Made by a program: the position numbers and the translations under genes. DNA of 64,000 bases from Candidatus Dojkabacteria bacterium (GTDB taxonomy: Bacteria > Patescibacteriota > Dojkabacteria > SC72), in contig DUTP01000005.1 of assembly GCA_012842045.1 (NCBI GenBank), positions 11,332-75,331 of the forward strand, written 5' to 3'. Every line of letters begins with the position of its first letter. Position 1 is the stretch's first letter. Under the pieces are notes generated by a model, which searched no databases, was not told the origin of the DNA, and saw nothing but the letters and a program-made list of their open reading frames with translations. Of the stretch, positions 47,519 through 56,735 are shown one piece after another.

Positions 47519-47977
47519 ATGAAAGATGTAAAAAGAAAAGATGGTACTCAGTTACCAATTAGCACATATACTCCAGTAAGAAGCATTTTTGATGATTTCT
47601 TTGGAATGCCTTCTTTAATGGATGAGTTCTTTGCAAGACCTTCAATTCCAAGATATCCAAATATCTCTGCTGATATATGGGAGGAAGATGATAATTTCTT
47701 TGTAAAGATGGCCCTTCCAGGTGTGAAGAAAGAAGAAATTGATATTGAGGTAGAGGCTGATTATGTAAGAATTAAAGGTGGTCAGAAGAAAGAAGAGAAG
47801 GACGATACCAACAAAAAGTATTACTTCAAGAGTCTTGAAACACAGTTTGAGCAGACATTTAATCTTCCAACTGCTGTTGATTCAAGTAAAGTAGAGGCAT
47901 CTTTTAAGGATGGAATATTGGAAGTAAAGCTTCCAAAAGCAGAGGAATACAAACCTAAAAAGATTGCTATTAAATAG
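47519..47977 (+). CDS. Small heat-shock protein (Hsp20)
   Basis: LPGVKKEEIDI, F.LP..VD...VEASFKDGILEVKLPK, terminal IAI motif. Confidence 0.95.
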   Translation: MKDVKRKDGTQLPISTYTPVRSIFDDFFGMPSLMDEFFARPSIPRYPNISADIWEEDDNFFVKMALPGVKKEEIDIEVEADYVRIKGGQKKEEKDDTNKKYYFKSLETQFEQTFNLPTAVDSSKVEASFKDGILEVKLPKAEEYKPKKIAIK

Positions 47978-47997
47978 GTATTTGTTTATATGTCATG

Positions 47998-48027
47998 ACA
48001 AGGGGGAGAAATCCTCCTTGTTTTTTT
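47998..48027 (+). terminator. Intrinsic terminator of hsp20
   Basis: ACAAGGGGGA-GAAA-TCCTCCTTGT followed by a T-tract. Confidence 0.9.
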
Positions 48028-48155
48028 ATTAAGAGATTGTGTTAAGACCTATAGAAATGGTATAATATAGGTATATCTATTATCTTACGATACAGATATA
48101 TTGCTCTTAATAACGATAGAAAAATATTTTCCATAAAGGAAGAAGGAGTATAAAA

Positions 48156-48530
48156 ATGAATTTACTCATTAGGAGTTGTTTGGAAATTGCCTTTTTCTCC
48201 ACTATTGGAGAGGCAAAAATAGAGATGGATAAAAACACAGAAGATATTTTTGTAAAAATGTTTGAATCCTTCAATCGTTTAATGTTGGCCTTCGATAGAC
48301 TAAAAGTCTACAAAGATTTGCAAGAAAAAGAAGGTTCAATAACAAATACCTACCAAGCTATTGAAAAAGAGTTAGGTGAGATCTGGACACTTACCAATAC
48401 GAGTCTAGATATAATTCTAGAGTTCGATATACCTCTTGTATATGACAATATGCTAATTGAGATTGTAATGGAAATTCAGGAGGTAATAACATCGGTAGAA
48501 AAATCGTTAATAGGAGCAAAAAATAAATAA
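48156..48530 (+). CDS. Hypothetical helical protein
   Basis: 124-aa ORF with AAGGAG SD, TGGTATAAT upstream and a hairpin downstream. Confidence 0.65.
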   Translation: MNLLIRSCLEIAFFSTIGEAKIEMDKNTEDIFVKMFESFNRLMLAFDRLKVYKDLQEKEGSITNTYQAIEKELGEIWTLTNTSLDIILEFDIPLVYDNMLIEIVMEIQEVITSVEKSLIGAKNK

Positions 48531-48557
48531 GGGTAGTTAACTCTTAACAACCCTTGG

Positions 48558-48583
48558 AGGGGAATCTCTAAAAAGGTTCCCCT
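48558..48583. terminator. Probable terminator hairpin
   Basis: AGGGGAATCT-CTAAAA-AGGTTCCCCT between the ORF and the convergent tRNA. Confidence 0.6.
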
Positions 48584-48637
48584 TAACCATAAAAATCTTT
48601 AATAGCGCTTAATCAAAATCACGAATAGGATGAAAAA

Positions 48638-48724
48638 CGGAGAGAGAGGGATTCGAACCCCCGGTATGAAGAATCATACAAAGCTTTTCGAGAGCTTCCC
48701 TTTCAACCACTCAGGCATCTCTCC
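48638..48724 (-). tRNA. tRNA-Ser (CGA)
   Basis: GGAGAGA...TCTCTCC-G; AAGCT-CT-CGA-AA-AGCTT; long variable arm. Confidence 0.93.
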
Positions 48725-48765
48725 CTACTTAATTATACCATTAAAACGGGGTTTTTATGAAACAA

Positions 48766-49437
48766 CTAAACCTTCTCCAAAGGAATATATTTACCATATG
48801 TCACTTCATCTATTCTATTTTGCTTCTTAATATCTTCATAGAGAAGATATTTCTGCAATATGACAAAAATAGCATCTTTGTCCTTCTTATGAACAAGCAT
48901 TATTAAAACCCTAGGAAAGTTTAACTTAGTATTCACAATTAATGTGTAATATTTCTCTTTCTCTGCAAAATAGAAACTGTCTAACATATACCACTCATAC
49001 AACTTATTTGCAGTATCTATCCCCCTCTTAGTTATCTTATGCTTTACATCAAAAGGTTTAGTTGTTCCAGCTGCATACAGAACAAAAAGTATTGAAATAA
49101 TTGCTGCTATCAAGAAATATTTACCTAAAATAGCAAGAAGCACTATAAAAGCAAGAGAAACGGCTAAGATTACCATAAAACCTTTACTATTTAGTTTTAT
49201 CTGATATCTCTCGGGTGCTTCCCACTGAAACAGCTTGATATTTTGAACAACTTCTTTCATTTGTACAGGGTCTTCTTCTATCTGAATTTTTCCTTCGATT
49301 ATCTTTTTTCTCCTTTTATCATCCTGTTCTTCTTTAGCCCTCTTTTTCTCTTCTTTAAGTTTCTCTTCTTTTTCCCTTAAAGCTTTTTCTCCTGTAATCA
49401 AATCTGCCAAATTTTTTAACGTGTCTTTTTCTTTCAT
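48766..49437 (-). CDS. Conserved hypothetical two-TM protein
   Basis: W.APE...two TM...ITKRGI....LYEW pattern seen in CPR membrane proteins. Confidence 0.75.
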   Translation of the reverse strand: MKEKDTLKNLADLITGEKALREKEEKLKEEKKRAKEEQDDKRRKKIIEGKIQIEEDPVQMKEVVQNIKLFQWEAPERYQIKLNSKGFMVILAVSLAFIVLLAILGKYFLIAAIISILFVLYAAGTTKPFDVKHKITKRGIDTANKLYEWYMLDSFYFAEKEKYYTLIVNTKLNFPRVLIMLVHKKDKDAIFVILQKYLLYEDIKKQNRIDEVTYGKYIPLEKV

Positions 49438-49444
49438 ATGACTA

Positions 49445-49813
49445 TCATACTACAAAAATTAAAAACAAAACAATTACTAATATTCCAAGTCCCCAAAAGA
49501 AGTTAAGTACTTGGAATATATGTAGTAAAAAAACAATCAAAAGTCCAAAAGTGATACTACCTCCCATTTTTAAACTATGTACTACTCTTTCTCGATGTGA
49601 AATTTCTTTCCTTGTAATTTTAAAAATTAGATACAACATTAATATTAAAAGACTAAAGATAAGTACCACTGAAAGAGTTATGAATACAACAAAATTGATC
49701 CAATTAACCTCACCGCTACTTAAAGTAGGAAGGAAATTAGGATTGTTTAGTAAATAATACAGAAAACTAACAGAGAAAAGTGATGTTAATATTGTTATTA
49801 AAAAGAATTTCAT
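49445..49813 (-). CDS. Hypothetical four-TM membrane protein
   Basis: Highly hydrophobic 122-aa ORF. Confidence 0.75.
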   Translation of the reverse strand: MKFFLITILTSLFSVSFLYYLLNNPNFLPTLSSGEVNWINFVVFITLSVVLIFSLLILMLYLIFKITRKEISHRERVVHSLKMGGSITFGLLIVFLLHIFQVLNFFWGLGILVIVLFLIFVV

Positions 49814-49891
49814 ATATTTCCCTTCTCTAGGTTTTTAGATAAACAGAACTCTTCTTTAGTATTAGATAATTAAATTAAGTTCTGTAGAAGT

Positions 49892-50575
49892 ATGAATATT
49901 TTAATTATAGAGAATTCTTACACTTTAGGACAGATTATGTCAAAAACATTAGATTCTTATGGATATAAAGTGAGTATAGATAATGATAGTTTTTCAAATA
50001 AGAAATTAGTTAAAAGAAAACTTTTTGATTTTGTTATTTTAAATACTAATTTAGGAGGAGAAAAGAGTTTTGAAATTTTAGATTTCATCATTGAAAACAG
50101 TCCTGAAACAAAAATTCTAGGTGTTTGTAATAAAGGGAGTTGGACTGAAAAAGTTTCTTTTCTTAATCATGGTGGTGATGATGTTTTAACATACCCTTTT
50201 CCAATACAGGAATTGTTAGCAAGGATACAATCTTTAACTAGAAGACCTAAAAGCTATATAGATCAAAATATTTCTTTAGGAGATTTAACTTTAGATTTAA
50301 ATACTAAAAGTATATATCGAGGTAATCAAGAAATAGAGGTGAGAAACAAAGAGTACGACCTTTTTGAATATTTAGTTAGAAATAAGGAAAGACCAATATC
50401 AAGATGTGAATTGTTAGACCATGTTTGGGATTTTAGAGATTATGTTGGTTCAAACACTATTGATGTACATGTAAATAGATTAAGAGAGAAATTAGAGGAT
50501 AAAGATATCATAGAAACAGTACACGGTGTTGGTTATGTAGTTAAAGATAGAGATACTGAAACTAAAGCATCATAG
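49892..50575 (+). CDS. OmpR/PhoB-family response regulator with atypical receiver
   Basis: GGDD...PF..QELLARI, KEYDLFEYL, SNTIDVHVNRLREKL, ETVHGVGY; phospho-Asp position is Asn. Confidence 0.9.
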   Translation: MNILIIENSYTLGQIMSKTLDSYGYKVSIDNDSFSNKKLVKRKLFDFVILNTNLGGEKSFEILDFIIENSPETKILGVCNKGSWTEKVSFLNHGGDDVLTYPFPIQELLARIQSLTRRPKSYIDQNISLGDLTLDLNTKSIYRGNQEIEVRNKEYDLFEYLVRNKERPISRCELLDHVWDFRDYVGSNTIDVHVNRLREKLEDKDIIETVHGVGYVVKDRDTETKAS

Positions 50576-51686
50576 GCATAACTAGATGTACAAACTCTTT
50601 ATCTCCTTCTATCTTAAACACTCCTGGTTTTACTGGATCTGTACATTCAAAAGATATCTCATCAGCATCTATATGATTTAAGATATCAGCAAGTAATCTT
50701 GCACTAAATGCAATCTTAAGATTCTCACCTTCAATATTTCCTTCAAATACACTCTGGTTTTTTCCTAAATCACTCTGTACTGCAGATAGTGTAATCTTCC
50801 CGTCTTTAGAATTAATATCTAAAATCATTTTGTTTCCTAAAACAGATCTAGCAATAATGTTTACAATTTTGAGAGAATTTAAGAAATCATCTCTCTTAAT
50901 AACACATTTTGTTGTAAAACCAGTTGGGATAATCTGTTTGTATTCTGGAAATTCACCATCAATTAATCTTGAAATAAGATCAACATCAGCTAATCTAAAC
51001 AATACCTGATTTTTATCTTCCAATAGATAGACATTAACCCATTCTTCATCAGTATCAAGTTCTGAAATAATATAAGTAAGCTCTTGAAAAGCTCTAACAG
51101 GTACTAAGAAACTCTTCTTTTCTCCACTCTTTTCAACCTTAAAACTTTGTTTAGATAGTCTTAAACCATCTGTTGCTACAAATGAAACGATATCATCATC
51201 AACTTCAACTTTAACACCTGTTAATACTGGTTTAATATCATCACCAGCAGCTGCAAAAGCTACTCTACTAACAGCTTGAACTATATCTGTTTTCTTAATC
51301 CTAACAAAAAACTTCTCTTTATCATCAATACTTGGAATATTTGGGAAATCATCTGACGGCATAGTATTAAAACTAGCATTGTTATTTGAAGTTGAAATAT
51401 CAAAATTTTGTTTATTTACTTCAATATCAACCTTTTCTTCAGGAATAGAGTTTACAAACTCTGATAATTGCTTAGCTGGTACTGTAATTTTCCCATCTTC
51501 TTGAATGTCAGCTCCTATCCAAGTACTTATACTTAATTCTAAATCTGTTGTTTTTAATTTAAGTTTACCTTTATCACTTTCAAAATAGATATTGCTAAGA
51601 ATAGGTAAACCTGGTTTAGATGTAACTATTCTGCTTACGATATTTAAATATTTTGAAAAAGTATCTTGATTACATGAGAACTTCAT
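50562..51686 (-). CDS. dnaN: DNA polymerase III beta clamp
   Basis: LPILSN, TTDLE, ATDGLRL, SRLIDGEFPEY, LVMPM; downstream of dnaA. Confidence 0.97.
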   Translation of the reverse strand: MKFSCNQDTFSKYLNIVSRIVTSKPGLPILSNIYFESDKGKLKLKTTDLELSISTWIGADIQEDGKITVPAKQLSEFVNSIPEEKVDIEVNKQNFDISTSNNNASFNTMPSDDFPNIPSIDDKEKFFVRIKKTDIVQAVSRVAFAAAGDDIKPVLTGVKVEVDDDIVSFVATDGLRLSKQSFKVEKSGEKKSFLVPVRAFQELTYIISELDTDEEWVNVYLLEDKNQVLFRLADVDLISRLIDGEFPEYKQIIPTGFTTKCVIKRDDFLNSLKIVNIIARSVLGNKMILDINSKDGKITLSAVQSDLGKNQSVFEGNIEGENLKIAFSARLLADILNHIDADEISFECTDPVKPGVFKIEGDKEFVHLVMPMML

Positions 51687-51759
51687 ATTTATTAAAGAAA
51701 TAATGTTAATTTAATAAGGCAGTAATAGTTTCTAGTATATATCTATATTATACATAAAA

Positions 51760-52139
51760 TCTTCCACATTTGTAGCCTTCTATATATTTTTTATATTTAA
51801 AATAAGTAATAGATGTAGTAGAGAGTATGGATATGTAGATAACTAATTTTAATTCTTCTGAAAACATTCTTCTTATACTCTTTTTAATATTAAATATCTT
51901 TGTGTATTACTTCCACTTTAGAAAAGCTATAAGTGTGTAAAAATTATTTATTAACAAGAGGATAGATTGTGGATGAAAATTTAGTATAACTTTGGATAAC
52001 AAGCTATTTTATGTGGAGAAATAAACATGTAGAAAACCTTACTATTAAAACACTTTAACATAGATACAACATTTCTTTGATAGAAAAAATGTTGAGTTAT
52101 CCTTAACTAATATTTATGATACCCACATGGTTATCCACA
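51760..52139. other. Chromosomal replication origin (oriC)
   Basis: AT-rich dnaA-dnaN gap; perfect TTATCCACA at 52131-52139 and several one-mismatch boxes (TGTAGATAA 51834, TGTGGATGA ~51968, TTTGGATAA 51991, TGTGGAGAA 52012); gene strand bias switches here. Confidence 0.85.
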
Positions 52140-52140
52140 A

Positions 52141-53568
52141 TTAACTCCTTATCATATGTAAACAACTATCTAATTTTTCTCTAAAAATAGCATCCTCCCG
52201 CTCTTTCTTCTCTATTTTCTCATATGCATGAATAACTGTTGTATGATCTTTTCTATTAACTTCTCTTGCTACTCTTTCAAGAGGAAGTTCCAACTCTTTT
52301 CGTAGAATATACATAACAACCTGTCTACATTGTGCTACATATGCAGTTCTCCTATTCCCTTTAATCTCTGAAGGTTTTACATCAAAAACTTCAGATACTG
52401 CTGATATCACTTTTGCTGGTGTTATCTTCTTTCTCTTAGAATCTAAATCTATTTGTAACATTTTAGCTACATCTTCCTCTGTTGGTTTTAAACCAAGTTT
52501 GTAAAGAGAAACTACTTTTGTAAGTGCACCTTCAAGTTGCCTAATATCACTTTCAATATTTTTAGCTATTAACTCTAAATACTCTTCAGGTATTTTTGCA
52601 TCTTTTTCTTCTAAATTTTGTTTTAAGATAGCTAATCTTGTTTCATAATCAGGAGGTTGAATATCTGCAACCATACCACCCATAAATCTTGTTCTTAATC
52701 GATCTGTAATATTTTTAATCTCTTGTGGTGATCTATCAGAAGCTAAAACAATCTGTTTGTTTGTTTGATAAAGAGCATTAAATGTATGGAAAAGCTCTTC
52801 TTGTGTTCTTGGAAATTCTTCAACAAACTGTACATCATCAATAATTAAAAGATCTACAGTCCTATACTTATTCCTAAAATCTTCATTTCTTTTTGTTTTA
52901 ATAGAATCAACCATTTCATTAAGAAATTGTTCAATGGGTATATATACAACTTTTTTAGTTGGGTCATTCTTCAATACTTCATTACCAATTGCTTGCATTA
53001 AATGAGTTTTTCCTAAACCAGAGTTACCATAGAAGAAGACAGGGTTGTAAGCATTCCCTAAGTCTTTTACAACAGCTTCTGCTACAGCTTCTGCTAGTTC
53101 ATTACTTTTTCCTACAACAAAATTAGAAAAGAGATATTTAGGATTTAGATGTGCTTCTGCAGTTTTTTTCTCTAAAGTCTCTTGCTCCTTCTTAGATTCT
53201 GAGAAAAGATCCATGGTTTTGTTTTCTGTAGGGTCATGATATTCATATCCATCCTTCTCTTCTACTTTTCTTTGAACATTTATCTCAATTTCATAATTAG
53301 CACCAGTAACCTTCTTCAATGCTTGTCTTAAAGAAGCTTTGTAGTCTCTTAATATTTTCTCCTTCTTAAATTCAGAATCACAGGTAAATTGCACAATACC
53401 GTTTCCAATATTTTCAATATATACATCATTAAACAAACTTAAAAACACTCTATTACCAAGCATTAATTTGAGATGTTCTTTGGTCATTTTCCATACCTCA
53501 TCAGTATTAACATCTTCTTGTGTTTGTTGAATATTTTTGAAGTATCCTTTAAAGTCTGCCTTGTTCAT
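52141..53568 (-). CDS. dnaA: Chromosomal replication initiator DnaA
   Basis: LNPKY.F.NFVVGKSN, YNP.FFYGNSGLGKTHL, IDDVQF, QEELFHTFN, KDHTTVIHA. Confidence 0.98.
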   Translation of the reverse strand: MNKADFKGYFKNIQQTQEDVNTDEVWKMTKEHLKLMLGNRVFLSLFNDVYIENIGNGIVQFTCDSEFKKEKILRDYKASLRQALKKVTGANYEIEINVQRKVEEKDGYEYHDPTENKTMDLFSESKKEQETLEKKTAEAHLNPKYLFSNFVVGKSNELAEAVAEAVVKDLGNAYNPVFFYGNSGLGKTHLMQAIGNEVLKNDPTKKVVYIPIEQFLNEMVDSIKTKRNEDFRNKYRTVDLLIIDDVQFVEEFPRTQEELFHTFNALYQTNKQIVLASDRSPQEIKNITDRLRTRFMGGMVADIQPPDYETRLAILKQNLEEKDAKIPEEYLELIAKNIESDIRQLEGALTKVVSLYKLGLKPTEEDVAKMLQIDLDSKRKKITPAKVISAVSEVFDVKPSEIKGNRRTAYVAQCRQVVMYILRKELELPLERVAREVNRKDHTTVIHAYEKIEKKEREDAIFREKLDSCLHMIRS

Positions 53569-53775
53569 ACCAAGTATTTTTAATAATATTAAGAGACAGT
53601 TTGCTTGGAGGGCAGTCTACGGTCGATTGGGACTCTGTTGAACATTATATTCAATTTCTAAAAAATGTGGATATCTTTTACAAGATATCTTAAAAAGAAT
53701 TACTAGTACAAGATTTTTAAAAGTGAGTTTTATCTCTAGTAATTCTAGAGAGGAAAAGTCTTTTTGAAAACAGAT

Positions 53776-53804
53776 TTGCTAAATACTTTTAGTTACTATA
53801 TAAT
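53776..53804 (+). promoter_or_regulatory. Sigma70 promoter of the rpmH operon
   Basis: TTGCTA-17 nt-TATAAT, 30 nt before the rpmH ATG. Confidence 0.65.
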
Positions 53805-53834
53805 CAGCAAGATTTCAGATAGTCAGTTCAAAAT

Positions 53835-54017
53835 ATGAAAAGAACATATCAACCAAATAACAAGAGAAGAATAAAAAAGCTCGGATTTATGGCTAGAAAC
53901 AAAACCGTTGGTGGTAAAAATGTTTTGAAAAGTAGAAGAGCTAAAGGAAGAAAGAGCTTAAGTGTTAGTGAGGAGTACAAACTACTCAGAAAAAAACAAA
54001 CAAAAAATATTAGATAG
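53835..54017 (+). CDS. rpmH: 50S ribosomal protein L34 (C-terminally extended)
   Basis: MKRTYQP...GFMAR...RRAKGRKSL. Confidence 0.95.
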   Translation: MKRTYQPNNKRRIKKLGFMARNKTVGGKNVLKSRRAKGRKSLSVSEEYKLLRKKQTKNIR

Positions 54018-54022
54018 AAGAT

Positions 54023-54385
54023 ATGCTACCTAAAAAACATAGGTTGTCAGCAAAAGAATTTCCTTTGTTATACAAGAAAGGTTTTAAGTCCAAAGGTGAA
54101 TATGGAATGTTGGTTTGTTTAGAAAATAATACCTCTTCTACTCTTTTTGGTTTTGTTGTTAGTAAAAAGATAGGGAATTCTGTTAAAAGACATAGAATGA
54201 CTAGATTACTTAGAGCAATCTCTATGGAATTAGTAAAAGAAAGAAACTTAGAAGGCTTTAGTTTTCAGTATGTAGCATTTAAGTTTTGCGATGATTATAC
54301 AACTTTAAAAAAAGAACTTACTAAACAGCTAGATAATTGTTTACAAAATCGACAGGGTGAAAAAAATAATATTGTTTTTAATTAG
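54023..54385 (+). CDS. rnpA: RNase P protein component
   Basis: [30 protein letters not shown]; conserved synteny. Confidence 0.93.
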   Translation: MLPKKHRLSAKEFPLLYKKGFKSKGEYGMLVCLENNTSSTLFGFVVSKKIGNSVKRHRMTRLLRAISMELVKERNLEGFSFQYVAFKFCDDYTTLKKELTKQLDNCLQNRQGEKNNIVFN

Positions 54386-54596
54386 AATTTATCAAAAAAC
54401 TCTTTCATTGGATCACGGAAAGATGGGGGAACTTCTTCCTAATATTAGGTTTTGTAAATTTAATCCATCTTGTTCTGTATATAGTTATGAAGCTATTGAA
54501 AAATATGGTGTTTTAAAGGGCGGATTTATGTCTGTATGGAGAATTTTAAGGTGTAATCCTTTTACTAAACCAGGTACTTACGATCCTGTTCCGTAG
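54357..54596 (+). CDS. yidD: Membrane protein insertion efficiency factor
   Basis: [16 protein letters not shown]...RILRCNP...G.YDPVP. Confidence 0.95.
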   Translation: MKKIILFLIRIYQKTLSLDHGKMGELLPNIRFCKFNPSCSVYSYEAIEKYGVLKGGFMSVWRILRCNPFTKPGTYDPVP

Positions 54597-54600
54597 TAAT

Positions 54601-54629
54601 TTGCAAAGATTTTTAAGGGTTGATATAAT
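54601..54629 (+). promoter_or_regulatory. Sigma70 promoter pointing into the 3' end of the NYN gene
   Basis: TTGCAA-17 nt-TATAAT with TG extension. Confidence 0.6.
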
Positions 54630-54689
54630 AAAAATATCATGAGGGAGGGAAGGTTGTAGATTAAATGCTACAAGCAACACTCCCATTTT

Positions 54690-55202
54690 TTATGCCTTTA
54701 ATTTTTCTCTCAACTGGTTCATAAATATCATATATTCCCTATATGGTATCAATAAGCTAGAATATGATTTCTGGTTTGGTATAAAAATATTCTTTAATTT
54801 CTTCTTTTCTACTAAATATTCAATTAAGCATCTGTAATCACCGTCTCCAGAAACAATAATTGCTTTATCAAAATTATTTATTTCAATCATGGTATGTAGC
54901 ACTAGTTCAGCATCAATGTTTCCTTTAATTTTTCTTTTTCCTCTATCCTCTTTGTAAGTGATAGTAGGTTTAAAAATCAAAGTATATCCATAATTTTTTA
55001 GGTTGGTATACATTCTCTTGTTCTTTTTTATATAACCAATGAATAGAAAGGCTTTTTGAACTTTGTATTTATTTCTTAAATATACAAGAAACTTCTTAAG
55101 GTCTATTTCCCAACCAATATATTTATATTTTGGTATGTTCTTTTTTACACCTTGATACAAGTTATTGCTATCAATAAAAGCATAAATTTTTGTATTCTTC
55201 AT
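54690..55202 (-). CDS. NYN-domain (PIN-like, LabA/DUF88) protein
   Basis: FIDSNNL, KGNIDAEL, IVSGDGDY acidic motifs. Confidence 0.9.
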   Translation of the reverse strand: MKNTKIYAFIDSNNLYQGVKKNIPKYKYIGWEIDLKKFLVYLRNKYKVQKAFLFIGYIKKNKRMYTNLKNYGYTLIFKPTITYKEDRGKRKIKGNIDAELVLHTMIEINNFDKAIIVSGDGDYRCLIEYLVEKKKLKNIFIPNQKSYSSLLIPYREYMIFMNQLREKLKA

Positions 55203-55318
55203 ATTAAGTATTTTAGTGTAAGTTTCTTACAAAACTCTTACTTTTTTACTTTTTCCTTAAATTTTATACAAATTTATGTTATAGTCCACCAAGTATTTAA
55301 TACTATCTTTTAACAAAT

Positions 55319-56197
55319 ATGTTCGGTTGGATTTGGCAAAATATTTTCTACAACCCAATACTTAATCTCTCAATGGTTCTCTATCACCTTTTTGGAGATA
55401 ACTTAGGTTGGGTAATCATTGTTCTAGCAATATTCTTCAGATTACTACTTCTTCCTCTTGTAAAGAAGCAGAATGAAATGTCTAAAAAGATGGCAGCATT
55501 AAAACCTCAATTAGATGCTCTTCAGAAGAAATATGGAAACAATCAAGAGAAATTATCACAAGAACAAATAAAACTATACAAAAAGGTTGGGTATAACCCT
55601 TTTGGTTGCTTTGCAACAATCATTCCCCAGTTCTTCATTTTAATCTTACTTAGTAATGTAATTAGAAATATAGGAGCTGATAATCTTACTGGAATATACC
55701 CATTCGTTCATAACTGGATATCAGGAGGTAAGGATATTGTTGTGAACATGAGTTTTGTAGGAATGGATTTAACTAAAATGTTTAGTCAGATAACCCCTAA
55801 ATTCGGAAAAGAAGGTATAGGATATCTCATTCTTGCTATTGTTGTTGGTCTATCTCAATTTGCAGCATCAAAGATTACAATGGTAATGCAAAAAAGTATG
55901 ACAGGACAAGAAGTGAAAAAGAAGCAAGATGTAAAAAAGAAAAAGAAACTAACGAAAGATGAAGAAATATTACAAAAAGTACAAGAAGGTTTAGGGCGAT
56001 CAACAGCATATATTTTGCCTGCTATGACAGTGATTTTTGCAATTAGAATGCCAGCTTACTTAAGTATTTACTGGATAGCTCAATCTCTTGCTTTGGTTTT
56101 GCAATATATGATTTTGGATTGGGATAAATCAAAAGAAGGTGTTCAAAACTTCTTTACTCAACTTAAAAAGAAAAAAGATCTCAAACCAGAGAAGTAG
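55319..56197 (+). CDS. yidC: Membrane protein insertase YidC (short form)
   Basis: GWVIIVL..FFRLLLLPL, LKPQL..LQKKY, YNPFGC, LSIYW. Confidence 0.93.
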   Translation: MFGWIWQNIFYNPILNLSMVLYHLFGDNLGWVIIVLAIFFRLLLLPLVKKQNEMSKKMAALKPQLDALQKKYGNNQEKLSQEQIKLYKKVGYNPFGCFATIIPQFFILILLSNVIRNIGADNLTGIYPFVHNWISGGKDIVVNMSFVGMDLTKMFSQITPKFGKEGIGYLILAIVVGLSQFAASKITMVMQKSMTGQEVKKKQDVKKKKKLTKDEEILQKVQEGLGRSTAYILPAMTVIFAIRMPAYLSIYWIAQSLALVLQYMILDWDKSKEGVQNFFTQLKKKKDLKPEK

Positions 56198-56246
56198 CAT
56201 ATCAGTTTCTGCCCTGACTAAGAAATTAATTTTAAAATTATTTTTT

Positions 56247-56723
56247 ATGAAAGAGAAAGATTTACTTAAAATTGTTGAAGGAGAAGTAGAGACACTATGT
56301 TCTTTACTTGGAGTCGATAGTGAGAGAAGTTTTACAGTGGAGGATGGGGAAGAAGGTATGAAATATGTCAAAATCTCATTCGAAGGAGAGGATTTAGGAT
56401 ATATGATTGGAAATAAAGGGAGACATCTGGATTCCTTGCAGTTTATTCTTCAAATCATCCTTGGTAGAAAACTAGAAGGTATAGATTTTAGAGTTTTTGT
56501 AGATGTTGGAGGTTACAGAAAAGAGAAAGATGAGAAAATTGTACAAATGGCCTTAGAGAAAGCAGATAATGTTAGGATTTTAGGAGAAGTAGTAGAGCTC
56601 CCTCCAATGAAACCTTCTGATAGAAGGATTGTTCACCTAGCATTGATGAAGTTTAAAGATATTACAACAGAGAGTGAAGGAGAAGGTAAGGATAGAAGGA
56701 TTATTATTAAGCCAGTTAAGTAA
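56247..56723 (+). CDS. jag: Jag/KhpB KH-R3H RNA-binding protein
   Basis: MIGNKGRHLDSLQ, DVGGYR, PMKPSDRRIVH, TESEGEG..R; ATG 56247 preferred over ORF-track start 56139. Confidence 0.92.
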   Translation: MKEKDLLKIVEGEVETLCSLLGVDSERSFTVEDGEEGMKYVKISFEGEDLGYMIGNKGRHLDSLQFILQIILGRKLEGIDFRVFVDVGGYRKEKDEKIVQMALEKADNVRILGEVVELPPMKPSDRRIVHLALMKFKDITTESEGEGKDRRIIIKPVK

Positions 56724-56735
56724 ATAATTGATTAG

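Noticed and set aside
53748-53783. RNase P RNA-like motifs (GAGGAAAAGTC ... AAACAGA..GCT)
   Set aside because: The motifs are only a few nt apart with no room for the RNA core, and the region is explained by the rpmH promoter.
56139-56246. N-terminal extension of jag in the ORF track
   Set aside because: It overlaps yidC and looks non-coding; ATG 56247 is the more plausible start.
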